DNA from: Nitrospirales bacterium
GTDB taxonomy: Bacteria > Nitrospirota > Nitrospiria > Nitrospirales > UBA8639
Length of the DNA: 64,000 bases
Direction: 5' to 3'
Assembly (NCBI GenBank): GCA_965203295.1
Contig: CBDBCZ010000018.1
Coordinates: 2,701,187 to 2,765,186 of the forward strand
In this document: one piece after another, positions 25,738 through 38,291 of the stretch
Layout of the letters: each line of letters opens with the position of its first letter
Numbering within the stretch: position 1 is the first letter of the stretch
Position numbers and translations under genes: made by a program
The notes under the pieces: generated by a model
What the model was told of the DNA's origin: nothing
Database searches by the model: none
What the model saw: only the letters and a program-made list of their open reading frames with translations

Positions 25738-26034
25738 GTAATTTACACTGCCTTACAACTGTAGCACTAGCCTAATTTTTTTTATGAACCAAACATTTGA
25801 CTACCATAATTATGGTAATCTTCTTCAGTGGCAAATGACCAAGCACGTACAACTGACCACGTATACAATGACAAGCCATACAAGATAGCGGGACAAACAA
25901 TTTCATCGTGTACGTGGTCATTGTACATACTTGGTCATTTGCCACTGATGAAGACTACTGTATGGTAGTCGAAATGTTTGGTTCATAATGAAAAAAATTG
26001 GCTAGTGCTACAGTTGTAAAGCAGTGTAAATTAT
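25738..26034. repeat. Penelope-like inverted repeat carrying hammerhead motifs
   Basis: ~130-bp arms, TAATTTACACTG..TACAACTGTAGCACTAGCC / GGCTAGTGCTACAGTTGTA..CAGTGTAAATTA, each containing a hammerhead core. Confidence 0.75.
25941..25982 (+). ncRNA. Minimal type I hammerhead ribozyme motif
   Basis: GCCA-CTGATGA-A-GACTAC-tgtatg-GTAGTC-GAAA-TGTT-TGGT: helix I, CUGAUGA core, 6-bp helix II, GAAA and a GUU cleavage triplet. Confidence 0.7.
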
Positions 26035-27044
26035 GGATATACCTAGCCACACAGGCCTTTACAAAGTTATGATATGTGTATGAATTATAAATGACAAGTC
26101 TGATGTGATATCTAAAAACCTTTTCAACCACAATTAAGACTCAGCTAAATGCAGCTGTTGAACTACCTATAATAGGCTGCCTAAAGTAATTAAGAATGTA
26201 GTACAGTAAAAAGTGCTGGCAATTTCAGTGTGTACTGCAGTTGTAACTTGTGAAAGCAGAACTGCCTGCCACTTTTTCACCATCTAGGAAACATATAATG
26301 CTAAGCTCATTTGCTGTAGCTTGACCAACAAACAAACACGAAGCTACATAAACTGACGACACTCCGTGCCCACTTGAAAAGTATCTCTTACATAGTGCCT
26401 AGTCATGAATACTGAGGATGTAGTTCTCTAGCACAGGATTATATCTCATGCCATACTCTATTCCCATCATGAGGTGATTGACCCATAGGAGGGTATTAAG
26501 GTTGGCCCAACCGGAAGTTTCCTACGTTTGCGCATACCGCTTGGTACCTATGGCAACCTTAGATACTATAATACTTTATGTATTATGATAACGTAATACT
26601 TTCATGTACTAAGTGAAAGCATCAGTGAGTTGCCAGACAAATCTGTTGTGGTAAATCCCAGGACTCGCGAGCTGCCTGTAGGTTTGATATGCGGATTTCT
26701 TCTAAGGGGTCTATATGTCCTGACATTGAGAATGAAGACTTATCGCCTTTTTCCAGAGTGTACAGAGCCGACTTCATAAATCCAGAATCGCGGCCATTAC
26801 TTTATGTCCAGGTTTGCCTACAAGTGTCTGACAAAAACAGACAAATCCAGGACTTCTATATCCTCCTAACAGTCCTGGACCATCCTAAACACAGGCATTC
26901 ACGTCCGGGTGTCCAGGATGTCCCAGAGTCCTGGACGGTCCCTGGAACATCCTAAGAGGACACACAGGCATTCACGTCTGGGTATCCGGGATGTCCCAGA
27001 GTCCTAGACAATGCCTAATAGTAGACGGAAGGCGATAGGAAGGC

Positions 27045-27192
27045 GATAAGTCTTCATTCTCGATGTCTGGACATGTAACCTATAGACCTACAGATAAGTC
27101 TTCATTCTCGATGTCTGGACATGTGACCTATAGACCTACAGATAAGTCTTCATTCTCGATGTCTGGACATGTGACCTATAGACCTACAGATA
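27045..27192. repeat. Tandem repeat, 3 x 48 bp
   Basis: GATAAGTCTTCATTCTCGATGTCTGGACATGT(A/G)ACCTATAGACCTACA at 27045, 27093 and 27141. An inverted partial copy lies at ~26708-26745. Confidence 0.9.
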
Positions 27193-27684
27193 CAGCTGTG
27201 GCTTCAGCTACATCTGTCTCTTAGATTCAGAGGGATTCACTGCGAATGCGATTTGAGCTGGTAAGTGAATATAGCACCTGTACGGTGGAAAGACTGCATG
27301 CATCAACAAAACTTTGTTTCTGGGTTTTCTGCCATTTCTATACTCTAGCCCTGCATAGTTTTTGTGGCCTTGCATCGCCGTGTTGTCGAGCTATAAGCGT
27401 CAAAAGCGTACACGGTCATGAATTTTTATATTTCTCCACTTCCGTTTGGGCCTAACCTTAAGTGAATTCATAGGTGACCCTGGAAGCAAATAGTCTCGCA
27501 AGACAGCCCATTCATGTTCTGGAGCAGTGGTCACTTTCAGCATGTGCATGCTGAATACTGAAGGCGATCATTGCTGTGAAAATTAAGTGGCCTGGCTCGT
27601 GAGACTAAGAAGCGAGATGCAAGTCAATTGCTGCGGCTAGCTGTTTATGAGAGTAGTTGCATGTAGATGCATACCAATCCAAGC

Positions 27685-28822
27685 AACAAATATCTATGCA
27701 TCAACGATCTTTCTCAGAATCTAAGGAGGCAGGGCTGCAAAACGTCAAGCAATCAAGAAGTTTTAAACTAATGGTCGAGTGAAAAGTCTTGATCTCTTTC
27801 GTAAAACATCCCTTGTGTTTTTATTGCAGTCCAAACGATACTATGAACTAGTCTAGTTACCAGCACTTATCAAGGCAGGCAGGGTTCTATCTAGGATTTT
27901 TAGTTAGGGGGAGAAGATCAGGCTTGAAATTGATGGTGGGCGGGGTGGGGGGGGGGGGGGGCTGCGGCCACAGGCCGAAGTTTTCTAGGGGGGTCTGGAG
28001 GCATGCCCCCCCCCCTAAAAATTTTGTAATTTTGAGCCTTGTGAGAGTGGTTCTGAGGTATTATAAAACAGTTTTGAGGTCCTGGTAGCTGTGGTATTAC
28101 AGACACATTCTCAGCTAGTGTACCATACATTGCAAGTAAGTCCTTTAAAGATTGCAAGTAAGTCAAAGTTTCCCCTGCCGAAAATCATCTAGTGTAGTAC
28201 GTGAACCACAGTAAAAGAAGTGTTATTAATTAACCAAATGGGGAAGTAGTAGCAAAAACATGACATAAGTGTGAAGACTACTCAAGTGGACACTGGAAGT
28301 AGCACATGAATAAAGTTATCATGTTCTCACTGTATGTTGCAGTTCTTAACACTACTTTCACTTAATTAAATTTAATCGGCAGAATTTTGGGGGGGGGGAA
28401 GCTGGAGTGTTTGGGGGGGAACCTTCCCCCCCGCCCCCCCCCCCCCAGTAGATAGAACCCTGGCAGGATATGTCCCCCCTACCCTATCATAATTTCACGC
28501 CCATTGCAGTGAAATCTTATGTACTAGGCATTTGTACACTTCTAGGCATGCTAGCAGGACAATGACAGTTTCAACTATAATATCAAGACCCTGGCCCCCT
28601 TGCATATCCAGCCTTGATAAGTGTTGGTAACTAGACTAATTCATGGCGTCATTGTAGACGCCTCCACTTACTTGTACCGCCTGTAGAAAAGTTTCCAAAA
28701 GAGATCAAAGCTTTTCATCCAAGAAAGTTGTCCTTGACTGCTTGAACGTTAGTTTGAATGCTTGACCATAGGCTTGACATATCGGGCGTTCTATTATGAT
28801 CGTTGATCCATTGATGTTTGTT
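27685..28822. mobile_element. Long-inverted-repeat MITE hosting a nested hAT-like MITE
   Basis: Arms ...CTAGTTACCAGCACTTATCAAGGCAGG|ATATG and CATATCCAGCCTTGATAAGTGTTGGTAACTAG re-align once 27880-28462 is removed. Outer limits are approximate. Confidence 0.65.
27880..28462. mobile_element. hAT-like MITE with 5-bp TSD and G/C homopolymer runs
   Basis: CAGGGTTCTATCTA / TAGATAGAACCCTG flanked by GCAGG on both sides. Confidence 0.8.
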
Positions 28823-28939
28823 TCTTCCCGATCTATTGATGGTCTCCTAAAAACACTTGATTCCATTTAGCTCCATTTCGATCCCGTTTCTACAAGTGAC
28901 GCGTAAGTGATCAGCCCTTGTAATGTCGACACCAGCTAG

Positions 28940-29561
28940 TAGTCTCGCGGGGCCAGACTCTAGTCGGGAAAGTTAGAGTCTGGTCAACTGCCCATATTAT
29001 ATGACTGGTTGTAGCACCCACCAGACTTTAGTGGGTGACAATTAGGTGTTGTACCGCAACGTTTACATTATGTAAGCGTTAATCGCTTGGTGCGAAAAGC
29101 GAGTTGAGGTGAGTGCTGTGACTGTTCAAGCATAGCGATTACAGTAGCGTGATTAACGCTTAATTAGACATAGTCATGAATAATATCCTTTGAAGTATGC
29201 CTGCTTAATGAGGTATCTAAATCCGATAGACACCTGCCAGCCGGTATCTATCAGATTTAGATACCTCATCTTTATTCATGATTTGCCTGTCACAACTGAA
29301 GCGCTAAACTTCAAATGGTTCACAGGTTTTCACAGCTGTCATAACACTAGGTCTAAATCGGTTAGACACCTCTGTGTCTGGCATCTCAGTCAATAGAGAC
29401 CTCGCTGCGCTCGGTCTCTATTATCCTGAGATACCTCCACCTCGGTGTCTAACCTATATATAATGTAAGCGTTGCGGTATAACACCTAATTGTCACCCAC
29501 CGAATATGGGCAGTTGACCAGACTCTAACTTTCCCGTCTAGAGTCTGGCCCCGCGAGACTA
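28940..29561. mobile_element. Academ-like MITE with 9-bp TSD and a nested palindromic element
   Basis: TAGTCTCGCGGGGCCAGACTCTAG / CTAGAGTCTGGCCCCGCGAGACTA; flanks ACCAGCTAG / ACCAGCTAA. Confidence 0.8.
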
Positions 29562-30271
29562 ACCAGCTAAATCGCTCGTGTTTTTAAGCCTAAATCACGG
29601 ATCTTCTATATCCGTGATTTTAATAGGCATAGAAGATCCGTGCCCAAATTATATACATCGTAGTCACAAAGGGTTTGTTAGTGTACTAGTAGTTGGCATG
29701 ATAATATGCTAGCTTTAGCGACAATATACCTTTGCTTTGGTCGGTCGGCTGCACTGCTGAGACTTCGGCCATTTGAAAAACACAATATTAAAGCTGCAAG
29801 TTTGTTCGACTTTCGGTGTGGCCTGGGAACGAGGCTTATGGAATGCTATTGAGGCTTATGGAATGCTATTAGTTACCGGAAGTCAATACACTCCCACGAC
29901 TCGTTTCCGAAATCGAAATCATAGGTACAGATACTCATACACAACGCCACAATAGCAACAACAATTTCAATCTTCAATACTTTAGTAGGTTTAGCGTCTA
30001 GGTCTCAGCAATTCCTGCAGCAAAGTGTGGGCGGGGCTCAAATATCGTTTCGTATAATATCATATCAATGGATAATATAATTATTACGCCAGACGTAATA
30101 TATTATCCATGGCAAGGTAGGTGTAAGAACGAACTTATGCTGATACACGTATGGATATATCATCTATGGATAAACCCTGGCTTCATATTCAACAGGTATG
30201 CCAATAGCTTTGGTTACTGTCCACCCGAGTTCGGTGGTCCATTTACTGCGCACTACTTGCTCCGCCCCTAG

Positions 30272-32700
30272 AATAGATAAATAAATAAAGTTCATCTAGT
30301 AAATGTTAGTGAAGAGAGGGCGGGTGGGGGCATTTACAGGGAACACGTCCTTCCTGGACCACAAGGTTCAGCCCATGGGAGAGAGGAGCATAATGCCTCC
30401 TGTTGCGACTGCCTCGTACGTATGCAGAGCAGGGATGAGTGCAGGAGAGCAAAGCTCAATCTGCAGCGTAGCCATGAAGGTGGAATAATGCTTTCCTTGC
30501 TTTAAGGCAAATGAGGTTGGCAAGTGTCTTGTAGAATATAGTCGCCTCTCTTGCCATGCCTCCTGTTGACGAGAGAACTAGAGGTGTGAAGGAGCCCTGT
30601 TCTATCTGTAGCACACGGTCAGCGTATTCACGCTTCTTGTGTCGACGATGGGTGGTGGGGAGAGGGGAACAACGGTAGTTTGGTGTGTTGGGATGAAAAA
30701 CCCTTACGTCGAAGAATGTACTCTGACGGCGTTCCCAAAAACCCCGTGCTCGAATGTCAAGGCGAGCATCCCTTTGCCGGATAGTGGATGGGTTGAGCTG
30801 TTCACCAGTGACAGGCTGCAACAGTGTCTCCCTCTCAACACCTCAGTCAAGAGTCTAAGTCCCGAACTTCGTTGTGGCGTAGAGTCAGGAAGCCCCTTTT
30901 GGACAGCACATAGCATGATCAAAACTGAACTTCTGGCCACATGCACAATGCTCTGGAGTCCTCGGCAGATCCCAAAGGTAGCGAAGGCAGATAGCATCAC
31001 GAAAGCCACCCTTATGAAGGGCAAATCCAGAGGTAAGGTTGAGAGCCATGAAGAGGCTCCTTTCTCTTGGGCAAGCTCCATTGCTCGGACTTGATCTGGT
31101 GACAGGAAGGCCTTAATGGCGTTGGCCTTACAGACGAGTGACTGGTGATGTTCCCGCCTTTGCAGCTGTTTTGACCGATCGAATAGCAGAGGGATCAACT
31201 GAATAGGTAGGGTCCTGACTCACGATGAGGTCCACCAAAGGGGCAGTTATTTTACTGGAAGTAGCAAACTGCCTCTCTGCTGCTGCAGAAGGATCAAAAA
31301 ACGCCTAGGCCGCCTAGGTTTGGAGGAAGAGCCAAGAGACGTTGAACGGTTTCACCACAGCATTATCCTCTGCAGCACTGAAGACCTGACGCATCGCGTG
31401 GACTGCAGCCTCACACCCTCCCTCCTGTCCTGCACACACCTGAAGTGATCCAGCAGCCGTCTCGACATCCTGCTTCACGATTGCAGGTATGGCTTTAGCG
31501 GTGATTCTCCGAAGGGTTTCAGCAATGCCAATTCGGCGAACACCAGGATTCTTGTTCAGAGGAATCAGTCTGCAAGCTGTGAAAGCATGAAGGCCCAATG
31601 GGTCCACACACGTCATAGCGAGACTGTGAGCAAGACTTGATATGGCATTCCACAGATCCTGAGTGGTACCCTTGAATGAACAGCATAGACAACGCCGATA
31701 GCATCAAGGCCAGATATACCTGCAGCACCATGCGTATATGGAGAGCTGCATTGCGTATTGCGGAAGCATCAAGTTCGTCGAAGATGATGGCGTTCACTTC
31801 CTCAATTGGGCCTTGCAAAAGAAGGGCATTGTCCAAGTCCTGTGCCCTGCGATGTTTGGCACGTAGTGCCTCCAGAACAGATTCACCAAGCAAAATCAAG
31901 GGTGTCAACAAGGGGGAGAACACCATTTCATCTCATGATCAGAGAGGTACTACACGAACTTTTCCTTCCAGCATGAGACGAGCGAAACTTTGGCAGCCTT
32001 GTCGTCAGTATTCAGACGCAGGTTGGTTCTTAGCCGCTGTTGGATAGCACGTCCCTCACGTAGCAATGTCTCCAGATCTCCCTTCTTCCAAATATCCAAA
32101 TGACGATTAAGATGGGTCACGTGATCTTTCGTTTTCGATTTGGCGTGAGGTTTCTGGAGAACCAGGGAAGGCATAACCATGGCTGCCTTCAGCGCTACAC
32201 TTTCCAGAGCAGATCCTTCTGCATACCCATCGATTAGCCTTGTTAATTCCTTCACAAAGGACGTGCCTACAGATCCAGAAGGGATAAGGACGCCAGTCAG
32301 TTTAATATTTCTAAGTAGGCTGCTTCCAACTTCAGGCCAAAACCATGGCCTGCCATTTCAGCCCAAAGAAAATCTGGTGGATTCATTCTGATGGCTCAGG
32401 AAGGAGAGAGGCCTCCGTCTGAATTGGAGGGGTAGTGGGAAATGTTGGGCTCTCACCACAGGGATGGTTCACTTCCATGCTTTCACCACTCTCCACTCGG
32501 GGAACTATATCAGAGTTACCTTCCGCTGGGCTTATCCCGTTCAACGCAACGGCGTTTTCACATCGACCTAGCCGTCCGGGTAAGCAGCTCGAGCAATGGT
32601 CGCGCGCCGTTCTTTCGACACGAACAGTTTCTGCATCGGCCCCCACGGTTGCAACGGCAGCAATCCCTCCCTCTCTGGTTATATCTTTTATATTGGACAC
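30272..32700 (-). mobile_element. Decayed CRE-clade (RLE-type) non-LTR retrotransposon
   Basis: RT N-terminal motifs (RLIPLNKNPGVRRIGIAETLRR, QVCAGQEGGCEAAVHAM), ASSWL, and a restriction-like endonuclease (RLDIRARGFW...FFDVRV...KKREY...FTPLVLSSTGG). (TTTA)n 3' tail at ~30272-30288. Many frameshifts; the RT catalytic core is deleted near 31330. Confidence 0.85.
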
Positions 32701-32821
32701 AGTGAAATCAAGAGCTCGGAATAACAGCCTCTAACACCACCACTTTCAAATCCGATGATCTTTCGCGTCTATTGCCGTACCCTTATTTAACTGAAAAATA
32801 TTCAATCAAATTTCCAGAAGC

Positions 32822-32910
32822 AGGCGTGGCTTAGCGGTAATCGCCTCGCCTTCAAATTAAAAGGTCGCGGGTTCGAATCCGCCCGGGAACTTCAATTTCC
32901 TTTTTTTTCT
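32822..32910 (+). pseudogene. tRNA-derived Pol III-like unit (A box, B box, T-run); not a functional cloverleaf
   Basis: TGGCTTAGCGG and GGTTCGAATCC boxes followed by a T8 run. The anticodon stem does not pair. Confidence 0.55.
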
Positions 32911-32979
32911 CTTCCGAATAATATTGGAGTAGTGCTACTATAAAAGAAAGAAATGTTCACCTCCTGTCACCAACACCCT

Positions 32980-33211
32980 CCGTGGTGCTGGGAGCAGCAG
33001 CGCAGTATCTGGAGACAGTGATCGCGAGTTCGAATCCGGGCTCGTGCACTGAAGGTTTGGGGCATTATGGCTTAGGGACCGCCCCCTACCTCCCTTAATT
33101 CCAGTATAAACCTGTACTCGCTGCGGAGTGGATCCATCGGGGTCAGTTCTTGTTCGTTAGCCGCTTGAGCTTCCACATCCTGGCCCTTTGGGTGAAACTT
33201 TTTTTTTTTTT
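32980..33211 (+). mobile_element. Possible tRNA-headed SINE with poly-T tail
   Basis: B box GTTCGAATCC at ~33028, a ~150-bp GC-rich body, and a terminal T13 run. Confidence 0.4.
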
Positions 33212-35299
33212 AACAAAGCGCTCACCAGAAATTAATGCCTAGTTTGCTTTTGCTAGCTTAAATTGCAAGAACAGCCAGAAAAAAAATTTTTTTTGGGCTC
33301 TTCAGTATACCAGTTGCTCTTTGATATCTAACTGAGGGAAATAAACAATTCTGCAGGACTACATCTTGAGCACATGTATACTCTCACGTCCACAAACTGA
33401 GATTTTTCAACCTTACTAATTCAGAATAATAAATATGCTAATTGTTCCCTTAGTGTCAAAGTTCTTTCTCTTTTTAAAATTCCCTCCTTGCTGCTATAAT
33501 TCTTTGGTGGCTGTAATACATGTAGTAGAACCCGGTGCATGGTTACACTCAGTTATTTCGTCCTCAATTATATCTGCTGCAGAAGTCCACTCAGAGCTGG
33601 ACAGCATGCACCCAGCAGCTCATCAGGTCCAGGAGGAACCTGCCAATCTCCTCAGCAGGGAGATCGGTTTCTGCAGAAAGTGAACAGTCTAATTCAGGGA
33701 GTACTGGTGTCCATAGTCACCATCTTGTTAGATGCATCACTCTAGTTCCTGTAATTTTGCATACAAGGCATTCATTACCTCATCACAATAATGTTGTTAT
33801 TGTTTCTGGTAGCCCTCATACCCAGCCGTCACAGCTTATAGCCTAGGGTGCCATGCATGGTGGTAAAAAATCATCCCTACCCCAACCAGAGCAACAGGTA
33901 CATGTACCCCTTCCTATGTTGTATTGATTCTGCTGTACTGACTATTTAGTCTATTAAAATTAATGTTGAATTTTATTTATTTCTTTCACGGTAGGAGAGC
34001 CAGTCCACCACATTGATGATGTCACGCCCAAGGGCTACAGCTTAAACACCAGCCCTACCCCAATCTGATGTATTGGTACAGCCCCTCCCTTACTTCTAAT
34101 CCGTTCAATTCTTGGGAGCAGCTGCAGATCCCACCCCAACCAGAGGTGTTGGTGTGCACATCCCCCCTCCTATTTCGATATGAACGTGTTCAATTTAATT
34201 CATCATAGTCCACCACATCCACTGCAGTGTTCTATTCCAATGCTCAGCTTGAAACACCACCCTCACCCTAACCAGAGGTACAGGTGCATGCACAGCCACT
34301 GTCCCCACGTCTAGTATATATAAGTTGTAAGTCCAATCTAAGTCTATTTGTTTTAGGAAGCAAGTCCAATACTAGTGGCACATCCTTCCTTTCAGGGGGT
34401 ACTCAGGCAGAAATTGCCAGCAGAATCATTATAATTATTGTGGTTTGGTGGGTATTAAATTTATAGGCTTCACCCTTCATATCAAATATAATAGTGACGT
34501 GAAGTATTCGCTACATTCATACTTCATGGTCCTTCACCACATACAGATCTTGAATTTGTTCATGGCCCTTCACTGAAAAAAAAGAAACAATAACTTCAAT
34601 AGTTTTTTCAGTGAAGAATCATTTATTTTTTATCAATGGACCATGAAATATAGTTCACAGTTACGAAATTTCCTGGCGACAGAATTTCCTGTGGCACCGG
34701 TTTGGGGTATTAGCTGTGGGTCCAAGAAAAGAACACCCCCCCTCCCCCCCCCACACACACACACACTTTTAACCCCCTAAATTTATACCGTATACATGTA
34801 CACCCCTCTGCCCCCATTGTGAATACATAACAATTCCAGAATTACCAGGTTCCCCTCCCAAGACATGAAATTAGTATACTTACACACAACGTAACAATAT
34901 TATCAGTGGTATACTATCAAAATACAAATAATGTCACAATCATAATATATACACGTAGTAGCACACTGGAACACAGAATTCCACAATGGATTAGGCATGC
35001 AATTATGCTGACATACACATAGTGGCTCAATTTGGGCTTCTCTCCCCACTTGAGCAGCAGCATTCTGGTAGAGTGTGGGGACCTACTTTTCAATAGCTGG
35101 ATATACTTCTCCAAGCCCAACGCTGTGGCAAGATCCCTCCAGTCCTACAGTAGGTTGCACTATGAAAAATAATAAGTTTCCACCTTAGAAAATTTATTTC
35201 AACTCATTAGGAAACAATAGATTTCCAGACAGGTGGACCAGGTTTCCAATTAAGGGAAACTCTTGAATTTCCCAGCATACAGAAACTTAGTGGCACGGC

Positions 35300-35710
35300 A
35301 AGTTTACAATATTGGGAAACTTATAGCGAGCTTTATAGTTCCCACTTGGTTTCCTTCCAGAAAATTTAAAATGATACATATGTTTTCATTCCAAGGAAAT
35401 TTAAGAATCCTTTATAGTTTTCTATCTGGTTTCAAGGCAGCAAATATGGGAAAACTTATAATGAATTTCATAGTTCCCACTTGGTTTCCATCCAGAAAAT
35501 TAAAAATGATACATATGTTTTCATTCCAAGGAAATTTGAAAATCTCCTAGTTTCTTATCTGGTTTTGAGGCAGCAAATATCAGGAAACTTATAATGAACT
35601 TCATAGTTCCCACTTGATTTCCTTCCAAAAATTTTTAAATGATACATACGTTCTCATTTTAAGGAAATTTGAGAATGTAGTTTCCTATCTTGTTTCACGG
35701 CAGAAAATTG
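35300..35710. repeat. CACTA left subterminal array, ~3 x 130 bp
   Basis: Repeated GGAAACTTATA...ATAGTTCCCACTTG.TTTCC...ATGATACATA units. Confidence 0.85.
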
Positions 35711-35931
35711 CCTCAAGTTTAAAGCAGGATATCCAATGAATCCCATGGTTTCTCACATTGTTGCAAGCCAGAAATGTCAGTTTACAAATGAAAAAATGCT
35801 GTAGTTTGAACTGATCTAAAGTGATATATCTGATCACAAATAACATAACTCAAACAAATATCAATAGAAAGAATATGGAATCATGAGGTTGAGATAGTAA
35901 CAACAGAACTGAGAGCGTACGACTTACATGA

Positions 35932-37913
35932 TCATGGTTTAATTGTCCAGTCTGGAACGTTAGATGGTTTAAGACGATCAGATGGAAGGCCGACAATTCT
36001 CTTAAAGGACATATTCCTGCTTCTTTTGCTCTGGCACTTTGCAGTTTTGTGATCAAGAGATGACAGAAAACTGTTAACCTTGTCTGATCGCCACAAAAGT
36101 GGACGAATAACAAACTGCATGTCTTCTTCATCCTCCTCACCTTCATCAAAACTGTCTTCACTACTCATAAAGTCGGCAGTTAGGCACGCAGCCCATATAG
36201 TTTTTCGTTCCTCTGATAGAGATGTTGTTTTGGCCAGTGCAACCTTCCGTCGCTTAAGTTTCTGCAGATTAGAGAAGTTCACATCACATCCCAACCTATT
36301 AATTACTCTTGCTTTAAAATTATGTACCCGTATAATTCTGTTCCTCCTCTTCTGCCTCGTACACTTGCTAGAATATTTTCCTGATGACTTCAGACGTTCT
36401 GTCCCACTCACACTACAGAAATAAGTTTTAGCTGCCGCTGCAGAGAGAAAGAAAAGAAAAGTCCACTATACCGGAGTTACCAGAACTGTCTATAACTACA
36501 TGTGCCCATCATAATTAACCCTTATATGCAAATGTGGATGTAACACTTTCATTGCTCACTACAAGTACATATATGAGCGCATGCATACCTTTAATAGTCA
36601 CAGAAGAGGTTTCGGGCAGTTGGCCTTTCACTTCTCTGGAAAGTCTTTGTAGAACTTCAACATTTTTTGAATGACTAAAACACCTAAAGAAGTGTACAGT
36701 GCATAGGGGGAAAGTGCATCTCACGATAATAATTATACTGTTTTAAATTATAGCATCTTAAGAGAACTAGAAGAGAGATATGCCAGGGAGATAGCCTACT
36801 TACAGAAATTTGCAAATCTGAGCTCAGAGCTTCCTTATATGGAAGGCAATGTTAACTTTGATCCAAGAGCAACTTCAAAAGCTAATTAATCATTCACCAA
36901 TCTATTACTCTGGTGTGTTTACTTAACAGCTCCTGGCTCAGGGCCTTACAGTGTTGCAAAGACTAAGCATAGACAAACTTACTTGCCAATGTCCCACCCA
37001 AAATTTTCATCCTCTTCATAAAGAGCCTTGTAGACTTTTCGAACCATTTCCTACAAATAGATACAGCACAAATCATACAATTATTGTACAAATGGTACTT
37101 ACAGGAAGTCCACCAAAATGCAATGCAATGTAAAATCCTAGTCATGATTGCATGAGTTATATTTTTTACAATAGGAAGCCACAATTAATTGGTCAGGCAG
37201 TCTAGGGTCAGGGTGGGGCCTAGAGGCTAACTATGGGTTTAGAGCTAGCTGTGTTGTGTCAGTATTGAGATACAGGCTAGTGCACAAGTGCACTAGCCTG
37301 TACATTGCCTATACAAATGTATGCACTTCTTACTGGACCAATAGCCACGTCCATTTAACTACGTGCTAGCCTAACTGGGTCACAGTTACATGTAACTTAC
37401 ACGGACTTGTGGTGAAGGACATATTTTCTTCCTTTTTGTCAGTGTCCTCTCATCACTCTGATCATCTTGAAGGTCTTTCATCTGCTTCTCCAGCTGTTCA
37501 AGCCTCTCACCAACTCGTTCGTTTGAGCTCCTGACTTCTTTCAGAATTTCTCGGAAGAGATCTGCAAAACCACCAAATTATAATTTAGGTAGCCATTAAT
37601 AATCAATTAATCAAAATATTATAATTTATTTACCTTTATCCCCACTTGAGGTGCCTGGAGTAGTTGTGGACCGTCCAGTAGGCGTTGGCGTTGGCGTTGG
37701 TGTTCTAGAAGGCGTCATCCACCGTGGTAGCTGATTCGCCAAGTCGACACTCTCTTCTCGAAAACGAAACAGCAAATTTCGGGATACACTACCACTTGCT
37801 TTTCCCCGACCTTTAGCTGGCGTTGGTGGAATGACAGTTGGTTCTTCGTCCAAGCCACCATCGTCAGTGTTAAACGGCGAGATATCCAGTTGCGTTTGAT
37901 GGTACCGGTTCAT
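35932..37913 (-). CDS. CACTA accessory protein (369 aa, 5 exons; coiled coil, basic region, FMSSEDS...RPLLWRS...LD motif)
   Basis: Exons 37913-37634, 37561-37401, 37050-36983, 36683-36589 and 36437-35932 are all GT-AG with matching phases; 1110 nt open. Confidence 0.8.
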
Positions 37914-38291
37914 CGCCGAGCCACAAAGATAGGAGTGCACCACACGTACGATGTATATTCTAGCTAGGGTTACCCGGTTAGGACACTCGGCTACAACTCA
38001 GTCACACAGGTACTAGGTCACAGCTAGCTAGCTAGCTACTACATGTAGTAAATAGCCACCATCAATGAAAGCGCGCGCGCGGGCCAGCAGCTCACTTTTT
38101 ATTGGTTGCTGCTTTCCTAGGTAGCCAATGATATTCCTTCCCGCGTTCATTTACGCGCGCTAGTTTTTATTGCGCGGGGGGCCAGCGCGCCAGGACTGGG
38201 AGGAAGTCCCAGACAGCCCTGACTTCCGGTACACTGATGAGGTTTCGCATTGATTCACTGACATTGACAAATTTGTGTGATCTTGTAGAGA

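Noticed and set aside
32822..32890. Possible tRNA-Sec (CTTCAAA loop)
   Set aside because: The anticodon stem does not pair, and there is no long variable arm or extended acceptor stem.
38230..38260. CTGATGA hammerhead-like core upstream of the CACTA transposase (also near 6074)
   Set aside because: No helix II closed by GAAA and no matching helix I.
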